Assembly: GCA_049515655.1 (NCBI GenBank)
Contig: JBEKTW010000015.1
Span: 23,320 to 87,319 of the forward strand
Source of the DNA: Bacteroidota bacterium
GTDB lineage: Bacteria > Bacteroidota > Ignavibacteria > UBA10030 > SZUA-254
Direction of reading: 5' to 3'
DNA length: 64,000 nucleotides
Part shown: one piece after another, positions 1 through 9,486 of the stretch
Layout: every line of letters begins with the position of its first letter
Position numbering within the stretch: the stretch's first letter is position 1
Program-made: the position numbers and the translations under genes
The notes under the pieces: generated by a model
The model's database searches: none
Told to the model about the DNA's origin: nothing
The model's input: the letters and a program-made list of their open reading frames with translations, nothing else

Positions 1-393
1 ATCATCATTGCCGCGTCGGGTATGTGCGAAGCCGGCCGCATCCTGCATCACCTTGCGAACAACATAGGAGATCCGCGCAATACGATCCTGATTGTCGGTT
101 ACCAGGCGGAAAACACGCTCGGCAAACGACTTGTCGACGGGTGGGAAGAGGTAAGAATTTTCGGGGACATCTACAAACGAAGAGCCGAGGTGGTCGCCCT
201 TAATTCATTCAGCGCCCATGCCGACGGCGATGAGCTATTGAAGTACATCGGGCTGTTCAATCCGTCGCAGCTTAATAAGATATTTCTTGTTCATGGTGAG
301 ATCGAACGCCAACAGGCGTTGCTGGCAGGGCTCAGCGGGCGGGGCTATGGCCACGTGGAAATACCCGTGCGAGGCCAGAAATTTGAGATGTAG
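1..393 (+). CDS. MBL-fold metallo-hydrolase, beta-CASP family (C-terminal part, truncated by window)
   Basis: IIIAASGMCEAGRILHHL, GYQAENTLG, FSAHAD and LVHGE motifs of beta-CASP ribonucleases. Confidence 0.9.
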   Translation: MIIAASGMCEAGRILHHLANNIGDPRNTILIVGYQAENTLGKRLVDGWEEVRIFGDIYKRRAEVVALNSFSAHADGDELLKYIGLFNPSQLNKIFLVHGEIERQQALLAGLSGRGYGHVEIPVRGQKFEM

Positions 394-423
394 ATAGAGG
401 AACTTGACCGTACTGAAAACAAG

Positions 424-457
424 AAACCCCATCCCGATGAGATCGGGACGGGGTTTT
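424..457. terminator. Probable bidirectional intrinsic terminator
   Basis: aaaccccatcccgat-gag-atcgggacggggtttt hairpin between convergent genes. Confidence 0.75.
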
Positions 458-476
458 CAGTTCATTCGAAAATCAG

Positions 477-677
477 CTAGATCTTCGTAACGTTTGCAGC
501 CTGAAGTCCTTTGGGACCGCGCTCGACTTCAAACTCGACCTGATCGCCTTCGGCCAGGTTCTTATACCCGTCGCCGGCAATGGCTTTGAAATGTACGAAG
601 ACATCTTCTCCGCCTTGTCGTGTAATGAATCCGTAGCCCTTCGCTCCGTTGAACCACTTAACCGTTCCTTTTTCCAT
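477..677 (-). CDS. cspA: Cold-shock protein (CspA family), 66 aa
   Basis: [24 protein letters not shown] (RNP1/RNP2); start set at the ATG at 677 rather than the longer ORF-track start. Confidence 0.95.
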   Translation of the reverse strand: MEKGTVKWFNGAKGYGFITRQGGEDVFVHFKAIAGDGYKNLAEGDQVEFEVERGPKGLQAANVTKI

Positions 678-912
678 GGAACACATCCTTTCTTCCCGCC
701 ATAGGCGGGTGTTGTTGTTGCACCCCGAGATACCTTCGGGTAAGGTGTACGCCGACGAGCTGCCTTTAAAACACAAAATCGCTTTGAATGGCTTCCTATT
801 GCACCATTCGTAGCGATTCTTGATTGCTGGTTGACGCTTACCTTGAAGGGTCTAACGATACCACAGCACGATCTTAAAAGCGCAAAAACGGTGTACTGTT
901 GTTTGCTCTAAT

Positions 913-941
913 AATGTAAGCATATTCTCGCTTACTTGCAA
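913..941 (-). promoter_or_regulatory. Sigma70-type promoter for csp, implying a ~230-nt 5' UTR
   Basis: TTGCAA-17 nt-TACATT on the minus strand. Confidence 0.55.
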
Positions 942-1015
942 CAACTATTCATCAAATTTCAGGAAGATGTTGAATATTGACTAGAATTAATGTATTTTCT
1001 TGGGGGATATTCTGT

Positions 1016-1798
1016 ATGAAAGTCGCTGTCGTTCAAACGGAGCCGATTTTTGGTGAAGTAGCATCAAACGTGAAAGAAGCACTCTTGCTCATGGGGAGCG
1101 CTGATGCCAACATCTTTGTCCTGCCCGAACTCTTCAATACGGGTTACAATTTTACGGACCTCCGGGAAGTACAGCTCCTCTCCGAGCGATCAAATGGAAA
1201 CACCTTCCAGTCAATTGCCGGGTTTGCAAAGAAGAAGTCGTGCTTCGTCGTTTATGGTTTCGTAGAGCAGGTGGGAAAATTCTATAACTCTGCCGCGCTC
1301 GTCGGACCGGACGGTATCGTGGGATTATACCGAAAGGTTCATCTGTATAATAGAGAGAACCTCTTCTTCGCTTCCGGAGACTTTGGCTTTCCCGTTTTTG
1401 AATTGCCGTTCGGCAAAGTCGGCATCATGATTTGTTTCGATTGGATTTACCCTGAAAGCGCGCGGTCGCTTGCTCTTGGCGGGGCACAGTTGATTGCCCA
1501 CCCCTCGAATCTCGTCATGCCGTACTGCCCCGAAGCGATGGTGACGCGCTGTTTGGAAAACCGTGTTTTCGCGGCAACGGCCGACCGGATAGGCGAAGAA
1601 GAACGCGGCGGAGTCAAGTTTTGTTATATTGGACAAAGTGAAGTGGTTTCCCCGAAGGGGGAGATTCTCACGAGACTCGGTGAAAACAAGGCCGGAATTT
1701 CTGTCGTCGACGTGGACCTCTCTCTGGCAAACAACAAGCGCGTGAATGAGTTCAATGACCTTCTCAGGGACAGAAAGGTTGAACAATACAAGCAATGA
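1016..1798 (+). CDS. Carbon-nitrogen hydrolase (nitrilase superfamily)
   Basis: Glu-Lys-Cys triad motifs VLPELF, YRKVHL, ICFDWIYPE. Confidence 0.9.
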   Translation: MKVAVVQTEPIFGEVASNVKEALLLMGSADANIFVLPELFNTGYNFTDLREVQLLSERSNGNTFQSIAGFAKKKSCFVVYGFVEQVGKFYNSAALVGPDGIVGLYRKVHLYNRENLFFASGDFGFPVFELPFGKVGIMICFDWIYPESARSLALGGAQLIAHPSNLVMPYCPEAMVTRCLENRVFAATADRIGEEERGGVKFCYIGQSEVVSPKGEILTRLGENKAGISVVDVDLSLANNKRVNEFNDLLRDRKVEQYKQ

Positions 1799-1901
1799 GG
1801 TTGGTATCCGACGCGTGCCGTCATGAAGCCGGATGGACAAACAAGCGGTAAAGCGGCAGCACCTTAATTCACATTCATCTATAACTTCTTCAGGAGTAGG
1901 T

Positions 1902-2336
1902 ATGAACAAAAAACTATGGATAGGATTCATCGCAGTGTTCATAGGGATATCGGTCCTCGACTTCGTTATCCATGGGGTGATTCTCTCGTCGGCGTATAGA
2001 TCCGACGCGATGATGAGGCTCATGAGACCGGAAAATGAGATGAACAGCCTGATGTGGGTGTACTATGTGGTGAATCTCATTGTTGCGTTCTTCTTCACCT
2101 TCGTGTTTTCGAAGGGATATGAAGGCAAGGGAATTGTGGAAGGTGTGCGTTATGGATTCTACATGGGAATGATCATGGCGACACCGATGGCATATTCGTC
2201 GTATGCAATGTACCCTATGCCCTATTCGCTTTGCTTGCAGTGGTTCCTCTATGGAATTGTCACGTACATCATTCTGGGCATCCTTGTTGCCCTTGTGTAC
2301 GGTCGTAAGCCAAAAGAACCCGCGGCAGCAGCCTGA
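1902..2336 (+). CDS. Small 4-TM membrane protein (DUF1761-like)
   Basis: Four hydrophobic segments, EGVRYG motif, SD caggag upstream. Confidence 0.7.
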   Translation: MNKKLWIGFIAVFIGISVLDFVIHGVILSSAYRSDAMMRLMRPENEMNSLMWVYYVVNLIVAFFFTFVFSKGYEGKGIVEGVRYGFYMGMIMATPMAYSSYAMYPMPYSLCLQWFLYGIVTYIILGILVALVYGRKPKEPAAAA

Positions 2337-2357
2337 TTCTTTCTGTTGAAGGTGTTG

Positions 2358-2391
2358 GCGTCCTCCCGACGATGCAGGAGGACGCTTTTTT
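2358..2391 (+). terminator. Intrinsic terminator
   Basis: gcgtcctcc-loop-ggaggacgc followed by a T-tract. Confidence 0.75.
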
Positions 2392-2394
2392 ATT

Positions 2395-2423
2395 TTGGCT
2401 TTCGCCGGCCCTTTGCTTACATT
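2395..2423 (+). promoter_or_regulatory. Sigma70-type promoter
   Basis: TTGGCT-17 nt-TACATT immediately upstream of the GT4 gene. Confidence 0.45.
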
Positions 2424-2431
2424 CTTTTCGT

Positions 2432-3559
2432 ATGCCAGAATCACTTCGCATTCTCTTAACCGATTCCACGGATATCTATGGTGGCGGACAGTTTTATGTG
2501 CTCGAGCTTGCGAAAGCCCTGCGCGCCCGAGATCACGCCGTCTGGGTTTCCTGCAGACCCATGAACCTTCTACGCGAGAAATGCGAACAGGCAGGCGTGC
2601 CGTTGTTCCCGCTCGATTTCCCCCCGAAGGGACAATTGTTGAAATTCGTTTCCAGATTGCGGCGATTTATCGGAGAAGAGGATATTCATATCGTCCACAC
2701 GAACAGCAACTATGACCGCACGGCGGGCGCCTTCGCGGCATGGCGTGGAAACGTTGCGCATGTCACCAACGTACATAGCCTTCATTCTATTCAGCATAAC
2801 CTCACACATCGGCTTCGCAACAGGATGATGACCGACCATTTTCTCGCCGACGGCGTGCAGGCCAGGGACATGCTGGTGAACCAGGACCGCATCCCGGCAT
2901 CGAGGGTTTCGGTTTTCTACCATGGGGTCAACGCTTCGGAAATGCAGCGGGATGAGCGGCAGCGCAGCATCGTCAGAGCTCAGCTTGGTTTTACTGATGA
3001 ACACGTTGTGGTCGGCAATGTCGGCCGCCTGGTTCCCATGAAGGGGCAGAAGTATTTACTCAACGCGTTTGCCGAAGTTGTGATGAACAATCCAACCGCA
3101 CGCCTTGTCCTGGTCGGCGATGGGGATTTGCGGGAGGAGCTGTCGTCGCTGGCGCAGACACTGGGAATTCACGGGCAGGTGACGTTCACCGGTTTTCGCG
3201 ATGACCTCGGGGCATTGTACTCGTCATTTGATATTTATGTCCACTCTTCGGTCGAAGGGGGAGGCGAAACCATCTCGTTCGCGGTGCAGCAAGCGCTCGC
3301 GCAGGAACTGCCCGTCATTGTGACGAATGTGGCCGATGTCGTCGAAAATGTCCGGGAAGGCGTGAACGGATTTGTTGTTCCCGACCGGGACGCGAACGCG
3401 CTTGCCCAAAAGTTGATGATGCTTGCCGGGAATCGTTCACTGTGCATCACAATGGGGAAGGAGAGCCGGAAGTATCTCCTGGAACGGTTCACGACGGAGC
3501 ACATGGTTTCAGCCGTGGAGAAGGTCTACCGGAATGTGTTAGAAGATCGGAATAAATAA
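2432..3559 (+). CDS. Glycosyltransferase family 4
   Basis: GGGQ N-terminal loop, GNVGRLVPMKGQ, LVGDG, FTGFRDD, ETISFAVQQALA. Confidence 0.9.
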   Translation: MPESLRILLTDSTDIYGGGQFYVLELAKALRARDHAVWVSCRPMNLLREKCEQAGVPLFPLDFPPKGQLLKFVSRLRRFIGEEDIHIVHTNSNYDRTAGAFAAWRGNVAHVTNVHSLHSIQHNLTHRLRNRMMTDHFLADGVQARDMLVNQDRIPASRVSVFYHGVNASEMQRDERQRSIVRAQLGFTDEHVVVGNVGRLVPMKGQKYLLNAFAEVVMNNPTARLVLVGDGDLREELSSLAQTLGIHGQVTFTGFRDDLGALYSSFDIYVHSSVEGGGETISFAVQQALAQELPVIVTNVADVVENVREGVNGFVVPDRDANALAQKLMMLAGNRSLCITMGKESRKYLLERFTTEHMVSAVEKVYRNVLEDRNK

Positions 3560-3588
3560 TATCAGGGTACGGACGTCAAACCAATCCT

Positions 3589-4671
3589 ATGATCAATGTA
3601 ACGAGAACATACTTGCCGCCTCTCAAACAGTACGTGGGATATCTGGAAACAATCTGGGCGGCCCATCGCGTGACCAACAATGGTCCACTGGTCGTGGAAC
3701 TCGAAGAAAAGTTGAAGAAGTATCTCGGCGTAAAGCACCTTTTCTTCGTTTCCAACGGAACGATTGCGCTGCAGCTTGCCATCAGGGCGCTCGGCCTGAG
3801 AAAGGAGATCATCACAACTCCATTCTCATATGTCGCTTCGACGTCATCGATTGTCTGGGAGGGATGCCGTCCGAAATTTGTCGACATCAATCCCCGCACT
3901 CTCTGTATCGACGAGAAGAGAATTGAGCGGACGATCACAAGGGAAACGCGGGCGATCCTAGCAGTTCACGTGTACGGCAATCCCTGTGAGGTGACCGCGA
4001 TTGAATCGATCGCGAGGAAACACGGCCTGAAAGTAATCTACGATGCGGCGCATGCCTTCGGTGTGAAGTACAAAGGAAGATCGGTTCTCAACCACGGTGA
4101 TATTTCGACGATAAGCTTTCATGCGACAAAGGTGTTTCATACCGTTGAAGGTGGCGCCGTCATCACAAGTGATGATGATCTCGCACATCGATTGTCCTAT
4201 ATGAGAGATTTTGGACACGACGGCACAGAGCGATTCTTCGGATTGGGCGTGAACGGTAAGAACACGGAATTACATGCCGCGATGGGCCTATGTGTTCTCC
4301 CGAAGGTCGGAACATTTTTGAAAATGCGGGAGAACATCTCGGACACGTATTCGAGAATGCTCAAAAAGAGTTCTCTCAGAATGCCCGAGCGTAATCCGAA
4401 AGGAACGTCGAACTACGCATATTATCCTGTAATCTTTCCCTCAGAGGAAGTGATGTTACGGGTAAGGGAGTGTCTGGGGAAACACGAAATCTTTCCGCGC
4501 CGGTATTTTTATCCGTCATTGAATAAACTCAATTACGTGCAGCGGGAACATCTCCCCATCTCGGAGGATATTTCGAAACGAATTCTCTGCCTTCCATTGT
4601 ATCCGGACCTGAAACTCAGTGAGGTCAGGAACATCGCACAGTTGATTCTCGAACAGATTGGCGAAGCTTGA
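3589..4671 (+). CDS. DegT/DnrJ/EryC1/StrS sugar aminotransferase (VioA-like)
   Basis: SNGTIAL, YDAAHAFG, SFHATK (PLP lysine), RRYFYP, LCLPLYP. Confidence 0.92.
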   Translation: MINVTRTYLPPLKQYVGYLETIWAAHRVTNNGPLVVELEEKLKKYLGVKHLFFVSNGTIALQLAIRALGLRKEIITTPFSYVASTSSIVWEGCRPKFVDINPRTLCIDEKRIERTITRETRAILAVHVYGNPCEVTAIESIARKHGLKVIYDAAHAFGVKYKGRSVLNHGDISTISFHATKVFHTVEGGAVITSDDDLAHRLSYMRDFGHDGTERFFGLGVNGKNTELHAAMGLCVLPKVGTFLKMRENISDTYSRMLKKSSLRMPERNPKGTSNYAYYPVIFPSEEVMLRVRECLGKHEIFPRRYFYPSLNKLNYVQREHLPISEDISKRILCLPLYPDLKLSEVRNIAQLILEQIGEA

Positions 4672-4842
4672 AGTGCTAAGAACTCTTTTCTCTCGAGAGC
4701 CTCTTTTATCCCTCAAACCGCAAAGTTGTTAATCTTGCCGGCCCGGTAAGGCAAAAATTGAATTGAAGAAATTGAACGAGTGAGTCATTAGCCCATTGAT
4801 TCATTTCTCCGTTGCTTCCAGCGCGTAAGTTTCGTGCGACAG

Positions 4843-5634
4843 TTATCGCACGGATTGTGCCTCAAACTGTCCCGATGACAGGTCAAACGGCAGGCGAACG
4901 ACTTTTCCGAATCCATTGACGACAAGATCCATTTCCTGCGCCCCCTGAAGGAAATGTGTCGTTCCCCTCTGGAGATCGAACATCGCAAGCATGGATTCCG
5001 ATTTCACCAGGAGGCCCCGTTTCCTCATCCAGACGTAACGTGGTTTAATGCGCTCGCCCTTGTCGTTTTGCAGGAATATTTTCTGTGCCAGGTCACCCAT
5101 GTCCGCGGGGGTGTCGGCCGTCCAGTTGAGCGGATTTCCAAGAACTCCCTCGTGACTGGTCGTGGGTCCTCCCGGGAAGACAACGTTGATGTAGGGATTC
5201 TCTCGCGCCTTGGTGTCGAAGGTCACAAGAAACATGAGCGAATCCATTTGCATGGCGCTCTTGTATAAACCGCCTTTGGCATCCAGGTAGGAATTCGTCT
5301 GCCAATCGACGTGCATTCCTAAACACTCTTTTGCCTCCTGTTGGATGCTCATCTGATAGTCATCGTCGGACAACTGTTTCTTATTGCGCTGCTCCTGGTT
5401 AAGAGCCGTGATGATCAATGGGGTAAACGGAAGTGCGAACACTCGTATGCTTGCATCGTTGTCTTTAGCATTGTTCGCCATCGCCCTCCCGATGACCATC
5501 CGGCACTCATCATTGCTCCACTTCGACGGAGGCCTGTTCATGATACCGTTGTAAATCCAATCTGTCGTGATGGCACAGCTTGTCAACAACACCACGGCTG
5601 TGGCCACTAAGGTTTGCATCAGAAAATGTCTCAT
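4843..5634 (-). CDS. Hypothetical lipoprotein
   Basis: Signal peptide with lipobox LTSC; no recognisable domain. Confidence 0.7.
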   Translation of the reverse strand: MRHFLMQTLVATAVVLLTSCAITTDWIYNGIMNRPPSKWSNDECRMVIGRAMANNAKDNDASIRVFALPFTPLIITALNQEQRNKKQLSDDDYQMSIQQEAKECLGMHVDWQTNSYLDAKGGLYKSAMQMDSLMFLVTFDTKARENPYINVVFPGGPTTSHEGVLGNPLNWTADTPADMGDLAQKIFLQNDKGERIKPRYVWMRKRGLLVKSESMLAMFDLQRGTTHFLQGAQEMDLVVNGFGKVVRLPFDLSSGQFEAQSVR

Positions 5635-5748
5635 ACAATCCTCGCACTAATCGATAAAGACAGAACAACCACAACTCTCAAAGAGTTTCTTGGAAATCCC
5701 CTGGCCGGGGATACCACAACACTCCTCCTGTGAAATGAATCGCTATCG

Positions 5749-6327
5749 CTATTTTGGCTTATCCTGGTTTCCGAATGGCCTCGACGTCATTTCGAGCACC
5801 TTCTGTTCCTCATACGCTTTGAGATCCCGAACGGTGCCGTGAATGCGGTGCAGAGCCGTCTCGATACGCTCGATGCCGCGGAGAAGTTCGGAATCGCCCC
5901 CCATCCTCTTTCGAATCTCCTGGGTCGTTAACGAAATAACCGCGAGTGGATTATTCACGTTGTCCTGCAGCAATGTCGTGATGTCGTTGATGATCTGCTG
6001 GGAAATTCGCTGCTGGTCGACGATGCGCTCCATCTCCCGCATTCGCTCTCTTTCGTCCTTGTATGATTTTTGAATCTTCTTGAATTGCGAAAAAGCAAAT
6101 GCCGCAAGCCACATGAAGAACAATGAATCGAACTGGAGAATGTAGTCGAAGAAACTTCTTCTCTCCCCGATGTGCTTGAAAAAGTTAAATGAGGTAAAGA
6201 AGTAATACAAATAGATCGCCAGACCGATGAAGAGGATCGGATACCTGTCGATGATTTTCTTGGTTGTGTTCCAGAGTGTATTCACGTTGGTTTCCGGATT
6301 ATTGATGGAAGAACGCACATGACCCAT
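5749..6327 (-). CDS. Membrane protein with a degenerate HisKA (DHp)-like C-terminal domain, no HATPase domain
   Basis: Two TM helices, a coiled coil, then LQDNVNNPLAVI; start uncertain (6327 or GTG 6285). Confidence 0.65.
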   Translation of the reverse strand: MGHVRSSINNPETNVNTLWNTTKKIIDRYPILFIGLAIYLYYFFTSFNFFKHIGERRSFFDYILQFDSLFFMWLAAFAFSQFKKIQKSYKDERERMREMERIVDQQRISQQIINDITTLLQDNVNNPLAVISLTTQEIRKRMGGDSELLRGIERIETALHRIHGTVRDLKAYEEQKVLEMTSRPFGNQDKPK

Positions 6328-6550
6328 AGTTGTGCTACCGTTGCAATGCTCGCTCAAAGAATGATGCAATGCGTGCCCACGCATTCTGCCGCGAATCGTG
6401 GCAAACACTCAATCAAGGATACAAAAAGGAAAGGAGATAATCAAGATTTGCTTCTCCCACCTTTTTTGACGAAATTTTCTTCAAAGGATAGAAGCTCATA
6501 CTCATGATCCATTAATCCATTACTCCATTAATTCAGTTCTCCAGTACTCA

Positions 6551-9142
6551 TTGTCTCCATTGTACATTGACCTCGCCATTCCATTAGCGGTCGATAAATT
6601 GTTTACGTATACAGTGCCGCCGGAGCTTCACCATGCCGTACAACGTGGAGTGCGCGCGGTCGTGCCGTTCGGCAAACGAACCATGGTCGGTGTCGTCGTT
6701 AAAGTATCAACACGCGTCCCGCAGCTCGCATCTCCCCTCACGCACCTTAGGTCCGTCCAGGACATTCTTGACCTCGAGCCGATCATCTCCGACGAATTGT
6801 TTCATCTTGCCGAGTGGATGGCAGATTACTATTTCGTCTCTCTCGGTGAAGTTCTGAAAAGCCTTCTCGTTCAGGGAGCGCTGCGCGCCGGGAAGCGAAG
6901 CGTCAGATTAAACATGCCCGGCATTGAACAGGTAGTCGCCCGGGAATCATGGACAAAGAGACAACAGGATATTTTGAGGGCATTATCGAAATCGCCGTCG
7001 ATGAGCGTTTCCAGTCTCCAGAAGAAGGTCGGGACGAAAAGCATCTATGCGACACTAAACGCGCTTGCGCGGGAGGGTTATCTTAGCATCACAGAAGAAC
7101 AGCCCCGGTTAACAACCGCAGCGAAAACCGAAAAAGTGATTGAGGTTGATGAAAAAGCGAGGTCGCGTTGGCGTGAATGGCTTGAGAGGATTGAATCGGA
7201 AAAGAACCGGGGGCGAGCTTCTCGCCAGATTGAGGCGATACGGAAACTGTCGTCAGTGGAATTAGCGAACATTCCCGTGACTCAATTCCTTAAGGACACA
7301 AGGGTATCTCTCTCCACATTGCGGACGCTCGAACGCAAACAGCTCGTTACGGTCGTCGGTCGGGAAATATCCCGGACAACGGAGTATGATCTTTACCCCT
7401 CTTCACTGGGTGCCCAGGACATTGTTCTGAATTCTCATCAGAAACAAGCGCTGGCAATAGTTCAATCGGAATTAGAGCAGAATCGATTCCACACGTTTTT
7501 GCTCCACGGCGTCACCGGCAGCGGTAAGACGCAAGTGTACATCGAAGCCATCCGTGAAGCGTTGAGGCTTGGGAAAACAGCTATTGTACTTGTGCCTGAA
7601 ATATCGCTTACGCCGCAGATTGTTCGGCGATTCAAATTTCATTTTGGCGACAGAGTCGTTGCGATTCACAGCAGGATGTCGCCCGGCGAGCGTTACGATG
7701 CATGGCGGCTGGCGCGGGAAGGCCGCCGTGAGATTGTCATAGGTCCGCGCTCGGCCGTCTTCGCGCCGCTGCGAAATCTCGGACTCATCGTCGTCGACGA
7801 AGAGCAGGAAGCTTCGTACAAACAGTTTGACCAAACACCGCGCTACCATGCGCGCGATGTGGCCATCATGCGGGCGAGCTACGCCAACGCCGTCGTCGTT
7901 CTCGGTTCGGCAACGCCGTCGTTCGAGTCGTATACGAATGCCGTGAACCGCAAGTACACGCTCATTGAGCTTCCGGAACGAGTTGACAATGCACGGCTTC
8001 CCCGGATTCAAATTGTGGATATGACCGCCGAGCGGCAGAAGAGGTTGTCTGTCTTTCGGGATGAGCGGAAGGCCGAATTCAAGGAAGATGCGGCGAAAGC
8101 CCGGGCATCGAAACGAAAATTTGAATTTGATTCCATCTCCGACCTGTTGAGTGAAAAAATCGGAGACAGGCTCCGGAAAAAAGAAGGAATCATCCTGCTG
8201 CAAAACCGTCGCGGGTTTGCTCCCTTCATTGAGTGTCCCGACTGCGGGTATGTCGAAATGTGCGACAATTGCAATATCACGCTTACGTACCATCTTGCCC
8301 AACATCACCTGCGCTGTCACTACTGTGGTTTTGTCAAGCCGGCCCCGGATGTGTGCCCGGAATGCCGGAGCATCGATATCCAGTACCGCGGGTTCGGTAC
8401 GCAACGGGTTGAGGATGATCTCAAGCGGCTTTTTCCCGGTGCTTCGATGATTCGCATGGACCTCGACACGACTTCACGGAAAGGATCGCACGACACCATG
8501 CTGAAAAAGTTCTCCGAGGGTGACGTTGACATTTTGCTCGGAACGCAAATGGTGGCCAAAGGACTTGATTTCTCACGCGTAACGCTCGTGGGAGTGATTT
8601 CTGCCGATACCCAGATGCTTCTCCCGGATTTTCGCTCGGCAGAGAGAACGTTCCAGTTGTTGACGCAAGTCGCCGGCCGTGCGGGTCGCAGCACCCTTGC
8701 GGGCGAAGTCGTGATCCAGACATTCCAGCCGCAGCATTACAGTTTGAAACATGTTCTCACGCACGGTTTCAATTCCTTCTATGAGGAAGAACAAACATAT
8801 CGCAAGGAACTCGATTATCCGCCGTACTCCCGTCTCGTGCTGATCGAATTCAAAGGCAAACAGGAGAATGAAGTGTTGCGTCATGCATCCCAATTCGCCG
8901 GGCTTTTAAAGCAGCAAGGCCCTCATTTCATCACGCTTGGTCCTGCGGAGGCCGTGATCGCCAGGCTGAGAGGATCCTTCCGCTGCCATATTGTCATCAA
9001 AGATTTAAAACGCGCGGACCCGTCCGGTACGCACCTTCACCAGGCTCTCAGGAGAGCGCTCGATTCTTATCGAGGCTCCGCCGCGGGCAAGAGCAAGTCC
9101 GTCCAACTCATCCTTGATGTTGACCCCGTCGGAATGATGTAA
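6551..9142 (+). CDS. priA: Primosomal protein N' (replication restart helicase)
   Basis: GVTGSGKT, LVPEISLTPQ, DEEQE, eight-Cys zinc region, QVAGRAGR. Confidence 0.97.
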   Translation: MSPLYIDLAIPLAVDKLFTYTVPPELHHAVQRGVRAVVPFGKRTMVGVVVKVSTRVPQLASPLTHLRSVQDILDLEPIISDELFHLAEWMADYYFVSLGEVLKSLLVQGALRAGKRSVRLNMPGIEQVVARESWTKRQQDILRALSKSPSMSVSSLQKKVGTKSIYATLNALAREGYLSITEEQPRLTTAAKTEKVIEVDEKARSRWREWLERIESEKNRGRASRQIEAIRKLSSVELANIPVTQFLKDTRVSLSTLRTLERKQLVTVVGREISRTTEYDLYPSSLGAQDIVLNSHQKQALAIVQSELEQNRFHTFLLHGVTGSGKTQVYIEAIREALRLGKTAIVLVPEISLTPQIVRRFKFHFGDRVVAIHSRMSPGERYDAWRLAREGRREIVIGPRSAVFAPLRNLGLIVVDEEQEASYKQFDQTPRYHARDVAIMRASYANAVVVLGSATPSFESYTNAVNRKYTLIELPERVDNARLPRIQIVDMTAERQKRLSVFRDERKAEFKEDAAKARASKRKFEFDSISDLLSEKIGDRLRKKEGIILLQNRRGFAPFIECPDCGYVEMCDNCNITLTYHLAQHHLRCHYCGFVKPAPDVCPECRSIDIQYRGFGTQRVEDDLKRLFPGASMIRMDLDTTSRKGSHDTMLKKFSEGDVDILLGTQMVAKGLDFSRVTLVGVISADTQMLLPDFRSAERTFQLLTQVAGRAGRSTLAGEVVIQTFQPQHYSLKHVLTHGFNSFYEEEQTYRKELDYPPYSRLVLIEFKGKQENEVLRHASQFAGLLKQQGPHFITLGPAEAVIARLRGSFRCHIVIKDLKRADPSGTHLHQALRRALDSYRGSAAGKSKSVQLILDVDPVGMM

Positions 9143-9201
9143 GCATCCAGGTGACTGGCTCGCCGGCTGCGGAACTTACCTTCAGCGCAGGCTGTTGGGA
9201 A

Positions 9202-9230
9202 TTGGGATTCTGGCGACAAAGAAGTATATT
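9202..9230 (+). promoter_or_regulatory. Sigma70-type promoter upstream of the ABC exporter
   Basis: TTGGGA-17 nt-TATATT. Confidence 0.5.
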
Positions 9231-9313
9231 TTCCTAAAGATGAAGCACTAAATCCAAATACCGAAATCCTAAACAAATCCTAAATCGAGACATCTGAAAA
9301 ATAATAATCAGAG

Positions 9314-9399
9314 TGTCATTCTGAACGGAGCGAAGAATCTGACTATTCAATATGAGGGGAAAAGCGAGATTCTTCGTCGCTTCGCTCCTCAGAATGACA
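9314..9399. repeat. REP-like imperfect palindrome
   Basis: tgtcattctgaacggagcgaagaatct ... agattcttcgtcgcttcgctcctcagaatgaca. Confidence 0.8.
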
Positions 9400-9486
9400 A
9401 GCCTCTTTGATTTTTCAGAAGTCTCAAATCGTAATTGCCGCTTTGCCCTTTTTAATTTTGAATTTTGATTTTTTAATTTCAAACCG

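Noticed and set aside
9234-9482. 82-aa minus-strand ORF
   Set aside because: It is a translation of the heptad arrays and palindrome, not a plausible gene
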